Position numbers and translations under genes: made by a program. From the human T2T-CHM13v2.0 reference genome, Homo sapiens: a stretch of 64,000 nucleotides of DNA. Positions within the stretch are counted from its first letter, which is position 1. The number at the start of each line of letters is the position of its first letter. The notes beneath the pieces were generated by a model. It was given only the letters and a program-made list of their open reading frames with translations, did no database searches and was not told where the DNA came from. Location of the stretch: assembly GCF_009914755.1 (NCBI RefSeq), contig NC_060936.1; one strand, written 5' to 3'. Shown here one piece after another: positions 1-22,434 of the stretch.

Positions 1-55
1 GCTAGATGCTGGGAATATACCCAGAGTCAAATTATCTTCTCCCGTAAGGGGCTTA

Positions 56-440
<385 letters not shown>

Positions 441-732
441 GGAGTGATTTAGGGGAGTCTTCAAAGGTGTACATAACAGGAGCACCTGATTCAATTAAAA
501 AGTCAGGGAAGGCTTTTCATAGGCGGTGACAGTTAGCTGAGACCCAAAAGATGAATAGATGTTAGCTCAGCAAAGAGTAGAGGGACCACTATTCCATCTG
601 CAAAGGAAGAGCTTGGTGTCCTTAAGCAACCGAAAGACAGGGAAAGAAGCTGGTATTAGAGCCTTCTGGGAAATCCTGGGGATGTGTTAGAATCCCCATC
701 GTGACTTATCTAGATTCTGATAGAACAGACCA

Positions 733-953
733 CAGGTCAGAAAACTACAGGCTACAGGCCAAATACGTCCTGCCACTTGTTTTTATAAATAAAGTTTTAT
801 TGGAACACAGCCACACCCATTCACTTACCTATTGTCCACAGCTATTTTCCTACTGTAGTGACAGAGGTGAGTAGTGGTGCCACAGACCGTATGGCCTGCA
901 AAGGCTAAGTACTCACTACCTGGTTATTTGTAGAAAAAGTTTGCCAACACTTG
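733..953. mobile_element. MER58A-like hAT DNA transposon
   Basis: aataaagttttattggaacacagccac...gtatggcctgcaaag...agaaaaagtttgcc signature. Confidence 0.8.
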
Positions 954-1421
954 TTCTAGAGCTGCCCAATAGCAAGTGGGAAGTTTGGGATTTGGCCCAG
1001 AAACCAGCCTGCAGCTCAGGGGCCTGAGAATTGGAAGATCCAAAGACAGTGACCAAAACTAAACCTAAGGTGGCAAGTGACAATCCTAGGTCTGATCCCA
1101 GCCTCTTTGGTTCCTGGGGCTGTGCTCTTGACCACCAAGCCAGACTGGTTGTTGAGACTGGCCTGCAAGGAAGAACAGAGAGAGGGGACCAGAGTCAGCC
1201 AGATGCCAGCAGGCAGGGGCTCCCAGAGACACAGGGACGTTTCATGGGGTAGCCGTGTCCTTACCTGTCATGAGACCAGGCAGACGAAGCAGGAGGCTGC
1301 CCACCAAGATGGCGCTCAGACCAGTGACCATCTTTTCCTTCACCTCTTGGCTCTGGAACACCCTTCCTCCCTTACCTGCCCTCATTTCTTCACCAGCTTG
1401 GCTCTTATTCATCCATTAAAG

Positions 1422-1586
1422 TAGTGCTTCTCAAACTTGGATGTGCACTCGGGTCACCTGGGGACCTTATTAAATTGTAGATTCTATTTCAGGAGGTCTG
1501 GGGTGAGGCCTAAGAGCCTGCATTTCTAACCAGCTCCCAGGCGATGCTGATGGTGCTGGTTCATGGCTCACACTTTGGGTGGCTGG
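1422..1586. mobile_element. MER5A-like hAT DNA transposon
   Basis: agtgcttctcaaactt...aggtctggggtgaggcc...tgcatttctaac...cacacttt. Confidence 0.8.
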
Positions 1587-2912
1587 AAAGATAACTTCTC
1601 TTAGACTTTGTTGATCAGTTTCCCCTCCACATCCCATGCCTCAATTCTGGGGCCCACTCACATTCACCTCTAGCAGAGTTCTACCACACTGTATTATAGT
1701 AGTTTGCTTAGTGATGGTCTTCCTCATTGGGTAGCAAGCTTCCTGATGAAGGGATGAGGTCTTAGTTATCTTAGTACCTCCAGAACCTGGCATTGTGTCT
1801 GGTGCATAGTAGGTGTCCAGAAATGGAAGCAAGGATGGGAGGGAAGAAGAAAGGGAGTGGGCAAGGAAGAGAGGGAGGGAGGGGCAGAGGAAAGGGAAGG
1901 AAGGCAGCATCAATGGATAAAAGGCAGGAAGGGAGGGAAGGAAGAAAGGAAATACAGATGGGTGGAAGAAAGAAAGGTAAGGAAGGAAGGAAACAAGAGT
2001 GATCTAGGGGTGCACTGAATGTAGGGAAGAGTGACAAAAGCAGGTTAAGGCCAGGCATGGTGGCTCACATCTGTAGTCCCTACAGGGGACTCAGGAAGCC
2101 AAGCTGGCAGGAGGATCACTTGAGCCCAAGAGATGGAGACCAGCCTGGGCAACATAGATAGACCCCATCTCTAAAACACACAATGTTTTAAGTGGAAAAA
2201 AAAAAAACTGCAGGTCAAGACTCGCAGTTGAGAGAGGTTGGACAGTTTAGTCCAGGGTAAGATGGAATATGCAAGAGTTGAGAGACCATGGGTGAGAGCA
2301 ATTTGGGAGACATGAGGGAGGCATGGGGCAGCTGAGGGTGGGTGGTTCAGGGAATGAAAGTTCAAATCATGGATATTCTGCAGATCTTGGGGTCTGCAGC
2401 AGGATATGGACAGGCTTGGTTAGCCCTGGCCATACACTAAGTTGCTGTCCATTGGTCCAGCATCCATCATGCCCTTGTCCATGTAAAACAAACATGACGG
2501 CCACCCCCTACATCTCTGTACTCCAGTCACCCCCCATCTTCCCAAAAGTTCCAGAGGGAAACCAGCATTTCCCTCCAGGGGATGTTTCTGGGGCTCAGGG
2601 ACTGGTGGGAGTCAGGAGGGGAAAGGAGGGCCCTTTGGGAAACAATGGCCTCACAACTGGAGGTGGCGAACTAGTCACAAAAATCAGGCAGGGGGTGAGT
2701 GATGATTGGATGCCCTTTCTTGGTCCTTGGTAGATGTGGGTGTACGTGCTCCAAGGAATCCTCTTCTGAGTGACATGTGCCCAGCCCATCAAGATGGAAT
2801 ATAAAAGTTGGCTATAAATCTCTGTCCACATGCCACGCATACGATGTAATCTTGGCTCACTTCAACCTCCACCTCCTGGGTTCAAGTGATTCTCATGTAG
2901 CTGGGATTATAG

Positions 2913-3146
<234 letters not shown>

Positions 3147-3412
3147 TGAGGATTTTTTTTTTTTGCATTCTCTATTATTTCCATTTGGAACAATAATATG
3201 AGCATTTGCTTGGGTCAAATGATATCTTTCATCAGGATGATTTCTTTTTTAACTTTTAATTTTGAGATAATTTTAGACTTAAAGAAAAGTTGCAAAAGTA
3301 ATGCTGCGAGTTCCCATATACCCTTCATTCCTCTTCCCCTAATGTTGATATCTGATATACCAGAGTCCAATTAGCAAGGGCAGGAAATGAACATCAATAC
3401 TGTTACTACTAA

Positions 3413-4177
<765 letters not shown>

Positions 4178-4899
4178 TTAATTCTCTCCAACCTCACACT
4201 CCTTGGTCTTCCCTTTGTCTTTCATGATCTTGACATTTTTGAAGAGTGTTGGGCCCCTTCAACTTGGGGCCAGGTGCAATGGCTCATGCCTATAATCCCA
4301 GCACTTTGGGAGCCTGAGGTAGGAGGATCCCTTGAGCCCAGGAGTTTGAGACCAGCCTGGACAACACAGCATGACCTCGTCTCTCTACAAAAAAAAAAAA
4401 AGAGAGAGAGAGAGATAATATCCTTCAACTTGGATATGTCTCTTGTTTTCTCATGATTAGATTAGAATTTATTGCTGAGTTTTGGTGAGAATACCACAGA
4501 AGTGATACTGTGTCTTTTCAGGACATCATGTCAGAGGGTTCAGGATGTCAAAATGACTTCTCACTGGGGATGTTAACCTTGATCACCTGATTAATATGAT
4601 GTATGTTTCCTTTCTTCACCATAAAGTTGCTATTTCTTCAGGGTACATTTTTAATGGCTGTATGGCTTTCCATTATAGATCTCTAACATAATCAGACCCT
4701 CTTTTTTGTACATTGTGTTTTTTACTTTTTTTTTTTTAGTATTACAAAGAATGCTGTAGTGACCATTCCTATAGGCACATCTTTGCACCTATCTCTGATT
4801 ATTTTGTTAGGGTAAATTGCCAGACATAGAATTGTTAGAGTAAAGATTATACATATTTTTACAGATATGGATGCTTGGGGCAGTGTTGTTTGTTTGATT

Positions 4900-5820
<921 letters not shown>

Positions 5821-6090
5821 TACAGAGTGGGTGTATTTTCATCTCCATTTTACAACACAGGCCACAGAAAGCTTCAGGGACTTGTCCAAGGTCAAGGGGA
5901 GGAAGAGAAATAGGATTTTTCTCCAGGAATAATGCTAGGTGCTTATCCTGTTCATCTCCTTTAATCCTCAAAGCAACCCCGTAAGGTGGGAATTCTGATT
6001 CCCATTCTGTAGATGGGGAAACTAAGGGTCATGAACATCCAGCAAGGTCAGGTTCAATCCCAGCCCAGTGTGAGTACCCAAGTCGTGTTC

Positions 6091-6411
6091 TTTTTTTTTT
6101 TTTTTTTTTTTTTTTGAGATGGAGTCTTGCTCTGTTGCCCAGGCTGAAATACAGTGGTACAGTGGTGTGATATCTTGGCTAACTGCAACTCTGCCTCCCA
6201 AGTTCAAGCAATTCTCCTGCCTCGCTTGAGTAGCCTCCGAGTAGCTGGGATTACAGGTGCGCCACCACGCTCAGCTAATTTTTGTATTTTTAGTAGAGTT
6301 GGGGGTTCGCCATGTTGGCCAGGCTGGTCTTGAACTCCTGACCTTAAGTGATCCACCTGCCTGGGCCTCCCAAAGTGCTGGGATTACAGGCATGAGCCAC
6401 CACACCCGGCC
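6091..6411 (-). mobile_element. Alu
   Basis: poly-T then reverse Alu consensus. Confidence 0.93.
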
Positions 6412-6984
6412 CCTGTTCTTTCTCAACACAACTAGGTATTCATCCTGCCTCCTTGGAAGAGAGCAGGTGGTGGAGCTAGGAAGGACACGTATCTCCCCGC
6501 TTTGGGCCTTATTGCCTGGCCTTACCTGCATTCTGTGCCCATCCTGCCCAGGCCCCTGAGAGCAGTCGCCTGTGATGCTCGAGTCAGCCCTCTAAAGATG
6601 AGGATGGCCTGGATGCGGAGGGCAGGGACTGTGCCCCCACCTTGGGCTTTGAGCCTTCCAAGCCACAGCGAGACCCAGAGGGTGACCCACTCTCCAGCCC
6701 TCTGCCCAAAGGTGTAGGGTTTCTCCTACCCTGAAACTCGATCCTCAATCCTGGGCACTTTGGTCTTCTGGGCTGCTGGGTGGCGGGTGAGGGCAGTGGG
6801 CAGGGGCCGCGTCTCCCTGGCCATATCGCAGCCCCATTAGGAGCTGGCCTGAGTGCTTTCCAGAGCTGATTAATGGCCTGCCTGTGACCTAGAATGTCAT
6901 CACTGCCCGGGGCGGGGGGCCCCCCAGCTGGGTCCTTTGGGTCTTTACTGCTAATAATAATTGATGTTCTCTGTGTGGTTGCAG

Positions 6985-7134
6985 GGAAAGTTCTATCTGG
7001 TCATCGAGGAGCTGAGCCAGCTGTTCCGATCCCTTGTCCCCATCCAGCTGTGGTACAAATACATCATGGGTGACGACTCCTCCAACAGCTACTTCCTGGG
7101 CGGGGTCCTGATCGTTCTCTACAGCCTCTGCAAG
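6985..7134 (+). CDS. RNFT2: RNFT2 internal coding exon (TM region: GKFYLVIEELSQLFRSLVPIQLWYKYIMGDDSSNSYFLGGVLIVLYSLCK)
   Basis: ttgcag|GGA acceptor and AAG|gtgagg donor; 150 nt, phase 0/0; hydrophobic peptide recognised as RNFT2/RNFT1 family. Confidence 0.95.
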
Positions 7135-7249
7135 GTGAGGTGGCCCCAAGGCTGGAGGGCCGGCCTAAGGAGGGCCCCATTCACTAGTCAGGCCTCAGGG
7201 GGCTCCTGGGCAACCTAGAATACCCATGCTGATTTATTTATTTATTTAT

Positions 7250-8396
<1,147 letters not shown>

Positions 8397-9155
8397 TGAG
8401 GTTACTTGCCCAAGGTCACTCAGGTAAAGACAACAGAATAAGCATTGAACCCAGGCAGGCTGCCTCTAAAGCCATAAGCTCCCAACCACACTTCTCCTAC
8501 TGAATGTTTTCTATCTCTCTTACCTCAAAAATAGTATCCGTGTTAAATTGCACACCCTCAACTCCTCAAATTAGTATGTAGTGCTTTTCTTTTCATCATT
8601 AGTACAAATCAGAGGTTTTTTTACCCTCTAAAAATCCATACATCCTTCTCTTTCTCTTTGGTTCTCCATTTCTGGCTTTAGAGAATCCTGGGAGGATGCA
8701 TGAGTTCTTCTCTTTCCTTCCTTCCAGCAGGACTGGCAAGGCAATCCATGTAGTATCAGCCATTGGGGCATACTGATTACTTGCTGGTTCTGATCAACAC
8801 AGTGGCTGACTGGAGTGCTAGATGGAGAAGGGTTATCAGGGTGGGCTGGGCTCAGAGGAAGAGTGCTGTGATCGATTATCAATGCCTGCTGTGGGCTTGG
8901 GAAGGGAAATAGGCACTATGCATGCCATATATTTGCTATTCTGGCCTAGGTAGCAGGGGAAACTCTTGATATTAGGCAACAAGACAAAAGCCATGCAACA
9001 CTGTTGGGAAGGAAGAAGTGCAAATGAGAAGAGGAGCCCTAAAAATGTTCTGAGTCAAAAATGGGTGGAGGGTCAGAGGATGGGGTGGGGTGATTGTGCA
9101 GGGGTCACGAGTGATCCTTGGGTACATTTCAGCCACCACCCTGCTCTCCTTTCAG

Positions 9156-9221
9156 TCCTTCGACATCTGTGGACGTGTGGGCGGAGTTAGGAAAGCCCTG
9201 AAGCTTCTCTGTACCTCTCAG
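9156..9221 (+). CDS. RNFT2: RNFT2 internal coding exon (SFDICGRVGGVRKALKLLCTSQ)
   Basis: ctcctttcag|TCC acceptor, CAG|gtgagt donor; 66 nt, in frame with flanking exons. Confidence 0.95.
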
Positions 9222-9376
9222 GTGAGTTGGCTTCAGGTGGTCCCCACCAGGGTCCTGAGAATCAGGAACTGGAAACAGCAGCGACCCCTTCCTCAGCCCA
9301 CAGATCTCACAGTGCTCCTGAGGGCGTAGTTCCCAAGGGCGCCCATAGCTGTATTTGCTTCTCCCCTCCCTCAAAG

Positions 9377-9478
9377 AACTATGGAGTCCGAGCCACCGGG
9401 CAGCAGTGCACAGAAGCTGGTGACATCTGCGCCATCTGTCAGGCCGAGTTCCGAGAGCCTCTGATTCTCCTGTGCCAG
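9377..9478 (+). CDS. RNFT2: RNFT2 exon encoding first half of RING finger (NYGVRATGQQCTEAGDICAICQAEFREPLILLCQ)
   Basis: pyrimidine tract + tcaaag|AAC acceptor, CAG|gtgagc donor; 102 nt; CxxC-x11-C RING ligands. Confidence 0.95.
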
Positions 9479-9822
9479 GTGAGCAGGGCTCAGGCGGGAC
9501 CATTGGAGACCAAGGCTGGGGGAGAGTAGGACCCTTCCCCATGGGCAGTCCTCGGGTCTCTGGCATGGGTCTCTGGGGGGCAATCCGGTTAAGACCGGAG
9601 TCAGCCAGACCTGGGTTCCAATCTCACCTCTGCCTCTTAGTAGCTGGGTGGACTTGGGCACGTTATTTCACCTCTCTGAGGCTTGGTTTCCTTAGTAAGA
9701 TGTAGAATGCCAAATTCCGTATGGTGTAACATCAAAATATCCTGCATGTGAATTTCAGCAGCATTCTTGACCCCCTGTGGGTCAGTCACTCTCTCTCTGA
9801 GCCTTGGTTTTTCTCATGTCTA

Positions 9823-10169
<347 letters not shown>

Positions 10170-10816
10170 CTATTATTATGATTAAAGTAGATCATCCATG
10201 GAAAGAACTAAATTTCAATTATTCAACCATAGAAGTTGCTAGAATTATCATTGTCATCTGTATAATTATTATTACCATTTGTTTTTATTAGTCGTGGGTC
10301 ACCAGCCCACAGTCGTAAGTGCTGGCCGGTTCCTTTTAAATCCCTAAATGCATCCCTCCTCCTCCTCCTGACATCAGGGACTAGGTGTCAATTCAGCAAA
10401 TGTGTATTGGGGTCAAAGCATCCTATCTGACCCAGGAAGGAGAGGCAGAGGGCCCACAGATCCCGTCCCCTCCTCTGGAAGCTCACAGTCTCTGCCGGGA
10501 GACAGACACTTACATAAATAACTGTGAAGCAAGGCAGGCAGTGATAAGTGCCGTGTAAGAGAGATTCATGCAGTGTCTCGGGGGACTGAGGCAGAGAGCG
10601 ATGAGTTCCAGGTTGGGAAGGGTTTTTGGAGGAGGCATAGCCTGGAGACTAAAAGGCATGGAAAGGCTTACGGGTAGGGGGATAGAAGGTGGGTTCCTTT
10701 TTAACATCGACAAGCATTTTTGTTGCTGTTGTTATTGCTGTTTGGAGATTTGGAAGGGGGAGGTTGTTTTTCATGTTCAATTGTATTTCTTTTTAAATGG
10801 ATAATATATTTGCATG

Positions 10817-11133
10817 AATCAACATTCAAAAAGAAGACTAAAGAGACATGATGACTAAACACAGTCTGGGACCTGGGTTGGATCCCAGAACAGAGAAGGG
10901 ACATTAGTAGAAAACAGGTTTGATGAAATCCAAATAGAGTCTGGAGTTGAGTTAATAGTAACATATCAACGTGGGTTTCTTAGCTTTGACAAATGTACCA
11001 CGGTAATGCAAGATGATGACATTAGGGGAAACTGAAACCCAGTGAGGGGTGTACTGGGATTTTCTGTTCTATCTTTGCAACTTTTCTGTAAGCCTTAAAT
11101 TATTCCAAAATAAAAAGTTTACTTTAAAAAAAA
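10817..11133 (+). mobile_element. L1MC-like 3' end fragment
   Basis: ttggatcccagaacag...tttgacaaatgtaccacggtaatgcaagatg...tattccaaaataaaaagttt. Confidence 0.75.
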
Positions 11134-12489
11134 TCTTTGAAAGATATAAAAAGGAGGCCTGTCACCATATGTATGTATATGTGTGTATATATTTATACAC
11201 ACACAAACATATTTTTTTAAAAAAAAACATAAGTTATAGTACATTCTACCTATGCTGTTTTCTGCACCTTCCTTTTTAACTTAAAACTCTATCTTAGAGA
11301 TTGCTCCTTATCCTATTTTATAGCTGCATAATGTGCCATTTTATGAATAGACCAGTTTGTTTAACCATTCTTCTATTGATAGGCATTTAGTAGCTGATAA
11401 TCTTTTGTTATTACAAATAAGGCTGTCATGAATGATCCAGAATGGGGAGATCAATTGCACCAACCTGGGCCCATCGTGTTGATTAAAGGTTAATTCAAGG
11501 GAAGCATTTAGAACTGCTCCTGGCACGTGGTCAGGGTTCAATAAATATTAGCTCTTATGGGCATGCATCCCATTTCACACACACATGAGCTCTTGGTAGG
11601 ATAAATTCCTAGTGGAAGAATTACTGGGTCAGAAGGCACACAGTTTTGACAGTTATTGCTAAACTGCCCTCTGTAAAGAATGTATCCACTTAGGCTGTTA
11701 GTATGCAGTATGACACAGCCGCTTGCTTCTTCCCTCACCAACACACAGCGTTACCAAGCCTCTTTTGAGCTTTGCCAATCTGACAGGTGACAAACGGTAT
11801 CTCAGTGCAGTTTTAATTTGCATTTCCCTAATTATGAGCGTGGTTGAGCATCTTTTCATATGCTTCAGAGCCATCTGTAGTTCCTTCTTGGTAGCAGGGA
11901 CAATTTGAACATGATGTCAAGGTGAAAGTCTGACAAGCTCTCTAAGCCTCAGTCTGTTTGTCTCTCCTCCATTCTTCTCCTGATACCACTATGTGCAACT
12001 GGATTAGAAATTCTTGGGAGGAGTCAGACAAGACACCCATTGTCCCAGATCTAGGAGTAACAGCTGTACCCAGTGCTGGTTGAAGACTGTACATATGACC
12101 AGGCCAGGCACACATTTTAGTCTTGCTCTGTTGCTGTGAGCTAGGCCTGGAAAGGCAGAGATGATTCACATAGGTAAATGGGTCATGCTGATTCCTAAAA
12201 GCATTGAATGAATGAACAAATGAATGAATGACTTGGTTGCGATGTTGCTTCCTCCATAAAGTCTTTCCTGACTCTGCTTCTCCAGACTAGTCACGTCCCT
12301 GGCTATATGGTCTCATAGATGCCTGTGTTTTTCCTACTTAGCACTTATTCCAATTGTTAACTAGGTAGTTCATTTGGTAATTAGATGGGCAAGGTCTGTC
12401 TGCCTCCTGGTGAATCACAAGCAACATGAGAGCAGATACCATGTCTGTCTTGTTTAGCAGCAGAGCCACAGTACTGTCTCAGTAAATAT

Positions 12490-12988
12490 TGGATGGATGG
12501 ATGGATGGAGGGATGGATGGACAGAAGGAAGGATGGATGGGATGGTTGGATGGAATGTTTAGATTAATAGGATGGTTGGGTGGGTGGATGGATGGATGGA
12601 TGGATGGGATGGGTGGGTGGGTGGATGGATGGATGGATGGATGGATGGATGGATGAATGGAAGTGAATGATGGACAGGTGGAGAAGTTGGTGGGTGAGTG
12701 AACGGTAGGTGGACAGAGGTATAAGGGGGTGAGTGACTGTATGGATGGGCAAATGGATGGACAGATGAGTGGGTAAATAGGATGGATGGACAGATGGACG
12801 GATGGATGGAATGGTGTCCAAGTGGAGGAGTGGATGGGTGAGTGTAAAGGTGGGTAGATAGAGGTATAAGTGGGTGAGTGACAGTGTGGGTGAGCAAATG
12901 AATGGACAGATGGGTGGGTATATAGATGGGTGGGTGGGTGAATGGATAGGTGGAAGGAAGGAAGGAAGGGAGGGAGGGAGGGAGGGGC
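12490..12988 (+). repeat. (GGAT)n/(GGGT)n degenerate simple repeat ending in (GGAA)/(GGGA)
   Basis: Direct inspection. Confidence 0.95.
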
Positions 12989-14257
12989 GGAGGGGCCCAC
13001 TAGGCTAAAGCCACACCTTGTCTCCCCTTTAAGCTCAATATGTCACTCCCACTCCACCCACTACCCCCTGAGCTAGGGCTCAGGAAGCAGATTGTTAATT
13101 GAAGCTGGTTGGGCAGACACTGAGCATGTCCTGAGGTTAGAACACTCTGCTCAGGAGCACACTTGCCCAGTTAGGCACTCTGCAAGTATTTATGGTGTGC
13201 CCTCTGACAGGCTACAGGGAGCCAGGGAAAGGGCATTTTGAACACAAAGTGAGAAGCTTGGTTCATTTAAAGAAATCCTTTGCCAAAGAGAAGAGTAAGA
13301 GTGCATTTAGAGAATGAACTGTCCTCCAATTCTTGGTCACTATGAGTTTGGTTTTTTGCATGTTTTATGATATGAAGGCAAGAGGGCAAGAGAATGGTGA
13401 CTCCTGTTGATTTCGTGCTTACAAGTTCTTCATACTTGACCTTATCTGTCCCCATCTTCACAGACACTTCGGGCGGGAAGTAGTTACCCTATTTAATAGA
13501 GACAAAGAATCAGGCTCAGAAAAACAAAGGGATGGACTTGCCTGAGGTCCCGTTGTTCCTCAGTCACAGAACCAGGATTCAAATCCAGAGCCTCTGATGC
13601 CATTGGCCATGCCCATTCCACAAGGCTTGGTCTCAGGCTTTGAGATGCCCCCAGGGCTGCATTACAAGATCAGAGCACTTTTTCCAGAAATTCCTGGGAA
13701 TAGTCTCTGCTGTGTCCAGCCAGGCCTGTGCACGTTGCCTCCTCGGAATGAATGAATGGCTAAGCTGGAATCAGAGTTCTTGACACCTACCTCTGACTCC
13801 TCCATCCAGTCATCTATGCTTTGAGGGCTTATTGAGCACCAACAATATCCTAGGCACTAACTCTGTAACCCTGAGCAATGCATTTCATTGTGACCCTGAC
13901 CCTCCATGTCATCTGTCACCCAAGATTGACAAGCTGCTGGGCAGCTTGTAGGACTTTTTTAAGAGTCATATGAGATGATGTATAGGGCTGTATATGGGTT
14001 TTGAAAATCATAGTGTATTATACCGATATTCAGTATTAGTGTTTAATTCTAAGTCTGGACTTGGCTGGCCTGGTTTGTGTGATTAAAGAGGATCTGAGGT
14101 TAGGGGTATGTGTCTGTGTGTGTGTGTGTGTGTGTGTCCTGTCTGGTAGTAGCCACATTTTCAGTAATGTCATTTTTCGTAATTAAATGCTTCAAACATC
14201 CTTTCCCAGATTCCCTATAATGAGTAAGGGTTTTCACTACAAAGTCAGATGCTTTTT

Positions 14258-15503
<1,246 letters not shown>

Positions 15504-15606
15504 TGCCCGAGGTTGGATTCCAACCCTGCCACTTAGCAGCTGTGTACCTTGGGCGCACAGCTCCCCCTCTCTTGAGTCTCACTGACCTGTCTGTTTGCTG
15601 TTATGA

Positions 15607-16630
<1,024 letters not shown>

Positions 16631-17119
16631 CCCCAAGAAACAAACAAACAAAAAAACAATCCAGGGCCACCTGCCTTCCCCACTGCCCATCAATCCACCC
16701 GATCCTATCCTTCCCAGCTGAGAAAGGGCTCCTTCTTCCTCCCCCTTCCTCTGTAGACGTTCATCCCTTTCTCCACATGCTGGAGGCAGTCCACAGCCGT
16801 GAACTCCTCAGCTGGGCCCTGGGTAAACCTGGTTTTTTGAACCTTTTCATTTGACACCAGATTCTGTCCTCCCATTTCTCTGAGGAAGGGATTGTGAGCT
16901 CCCGGAGGGCAGGGACCAGTCCTTCATCACCCTAGTATCGCCAGACTTTCCTGTTTGGTCATTTGTCATCTGCATTCCCATTCATTTGTCCTCTCCATTG
17001 ACAGAGCCCCTACTCTGTACCAGCTCAGGGCTGGACAGTAGGAGTACGATAACAACATGGCTGCCCTCATGGCGTTTACCACCTAGAGGGCAGGGCAGAT
17101 GTTGACTAAGCATTTAGAA

Positions 17120-17812
<693 letters not shown>

Positions 17813-18067
17813 AAATTAGAAGTGTGAGAGCCTCAGTGAATGTGTTGAATGAATGAGTGAAAAAACTGCTAAATTTCATGGCTATTTCCCATTCACTTAA
17901 CCAAGTCTATGTGAACAGGGGTTGTGTTGCATTCTCCTATGTAAGTACCTCTTTTGTCCAGGGTAGCATAGTTAAGTCCCATTTGGTTGGTCAATAGATA
18001 TTTACTGAGCATCTGAGCAAGAACCGTACTCAGCATAAAACCAGGTTCTGCCCTCAGAAAGCTCTCA

Positions 18068-18410
<343 letters not shown>

Positions 18411-19377
18411 TTAATCTAGTGAACAATCAGATGAATTTGCAAATAATTCCTCATGCAATGCTTTGAGAGGGGTTTTCACCAGGAAGAATGGCATAGGAGA
18501 GAAGACGCGATCAGTACTTACATTTGCAGGAGACAGTAACAGGATGGAATCGGGGCAACATCATAAAACAGGGGAGACATGATTGCTTGGCTGAGTCTTC
18601 CAAAAGAACTGGGCATGCACCCAGCTGGTCAAGATGGAGAAAGGGCATCCCAGAGTGATACTAAAGTTGGTTGGAAGGCTGTGAATAAGCCATGGGTTGA
18701 AGGTCATGTGGCACGTCAATGACATCAGTTACTCCAGGGTGTGAGGATGGGGCTGGACGGGAGACGGGCCATCATAGAGGGTAATGGGTGCCATAGTGGG
18801 AATCTGTAGAAGCTGCAGGGCTTGCTGACCCCTGGGTCCTGCCCTCCAGACCATGATGAGAATCCAGTATGGTCTTCGCGGCTCTGTGTGGACTTCTCTC
18901 CTTTCCCCAATCCCTCTCTCCCCTGCACCCCCAACTACAGCCACATCAGCTATCTTCAAGTGCCTCAAACATCTTCCTATCTCAGGAGCTTTGCACAGGA
19001 GACTTCCTTCAGCCTGGAATGTTCTATCTCTATCCCATCCCCTCTCTTCTGCCCAGTTAACTGCCAAATGTTCTTCAGGCTTCGACTCAAGTGTCCCCAC
19101 CTCCAGGAAACCTTCCTTGACTACCCCTTGGATCAAACTGGTCCCTCTGTCACACACCTCCATAATACCATGGAAATCTCCTTCAGAGCACTGTCTACAA
19201 TTAGGCACCCACTGTACACCATGCTAGGAATGAAGGGGTTTACAAGAAGCTTACAGCCTGGTATGGAGAGACAGATAATAAACTGTAAACACATAAGATA
19301 ATAATCATTATTACTATCATAATAGCTAATAGTTATAGAGCACTTACTATTTGCCAGTCATTATTCCAAGTGCCTTC

Positions 19378-20947
<1,570 letters not shown>

Positions 20948-20954
20948 CTCTCTC

Positions 20955-21450
20955 TTTTTAAAAAAATTTAATTTAATTTTAAGTTCCAGGATGCATGTGC
21001 AGGATATACAGGTTTGTTACATAGGTAAACGTGTGCCATGGTGGTTTGCTGCACCTATCAACCCATCACCTAGGTATTAAGCCCCACATGCATTAGCAAT
21101 TTATCCTGATGTTCTCCCTCCCCCAGCCCCCGCAACAGGCCCCAGTATGTTGTTCCCCTCCCTGTATCCATGTGTTCTCATTGTTCAGCTCTGACTTATG
21201 AGTGAGAACATGTGGTGTTTGGTTTTCTGTTCCTGTGTTAGTTTGCTGAGGATAATGGCTTCCAGCTCCACCCATGTCCCTGCAAAGGACATGATCTCGT
21301 TCCTTTTTATGGCTGCATAGTATTCCATGGTGTATATGTACCACATTTTCTCTATCCAGTCTATCATTGATAAGCATTTGGGTTGATTCCATGTCTTTGC
21401 TATTGTGAATAGTGCTGCAGTGAACGTATGCGTGCATGTATCTGTTTATC
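20955..21450 (-). mobile_element. L1PA 3' end (ORF2 C-terminus remnant WIEKMWYIYTMEYYAAIKRNE plus 3'UTR)
   Basis: ORF 21185-21367 is the L1 ORF2 C-terminal motif; L1PA 3'UTR sequence. Confidence 0.92.
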
Positions 21451-21924
21451 GTAGCACTAGTTACCTGCCTTTCCTCTTGACCCTTGTGTTCTATTCTCAA
21501 CCTAGAAGGCGGAGGGATCGCTTTAAACTGCAAATCATATCAGGTCACTCCTCTGCTCCAAGCCCTACCATGGGCCCCTTACTTCTCTCAGAATAAGAGC
21601 CAAAGACCTCACAATGGCCCACAAGTACCTACACCATATGCACCCCTCACCCTCCATCACTTCTGTGACCTCATCTCCCTCTCCCATCCACCCCAACAAC
21701 CCCAGCCCAGCTATCCTCTCCTTCCTGTTCCTCCCGCACATCAAACACAGTCCAGCCTCAGGGCCTTTGCACATTGCTGTTGCTGCTAGAAGTGCTTTTC
21801 CCCAAGATCTCATCAGGGCTCACTCCTCACTGTCCTGCAAGTTTTACCCAAATGTCAGTATCTCCGTAAAGTTGTCCTTAACGTCCCAACCCGCCCAAGC
21901 CCTCCCTGTTCCTTCTCCCTCCTG

Positions 21925-22238
21925 CTTTTTGTTTGTTTGTTTTTTGTTTTTTTGTTTTTAGACAGATTCTTGCTCTGTCACCTAGGCTGGAGTGCAGTGG
22001 CACAAACTCAGCTCACTGCAACCTCTGCCTCCGGGTTCAAACGATTCTCTTGCCTCAGCCTCCCGAGTAGCTGGGACTACAGGCGCCCACCACCACGCCC
22101 GGCTAATTTTTGTATTTTTTAGTAGAGACTGGTTTTCACCATGTTGGCCAGGGTGGTCTCAAACTCCTGCCTCAGGTGATCCGCCCATCTCGGCCTCCCA
22201 AAGTGCTGGGATTACAGTCCTGAGCCACCACACCTGTC
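21925..22238 (-). mobile_element. Alu
   Basis: Reverse Alu consensus. Confidence 0.92.
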
Positions 22239-22434
22239 CCCTCCCCTGCTGTTTCATCTTGGTGCTTCCTACTGATAACTCAGTATTTTGGAGTCGTATT
22301 GTCTCCCCAACGCGAGTGCAGGCGCCCCGAAGGCAGGGGTTGTCTGTCTAGTCCGCTGCCCCTTCTCCTGCTCCCGAGACCGAGGCAGACGCTCAGTAAA
22401 GAGTCCTGGTGCCTGCTGATTGCTGTCCCCGCAG

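Noticed and set aside
12479-13000. 173-aa His/Pro/Ser-rich ORF
   Set aside because: Reverse translation of the (GGAT)n repeat
17080-17093. CTCF-like CACCTAGAGGGCAG
   Set aside because: Mismatches in the 5' core; cannot be supported without ChIP data
18729-19301. Overlapping 124-159 aa ORFs on both strands
   Set aside because: Sequence resembles decayed L2; no splice or domain support
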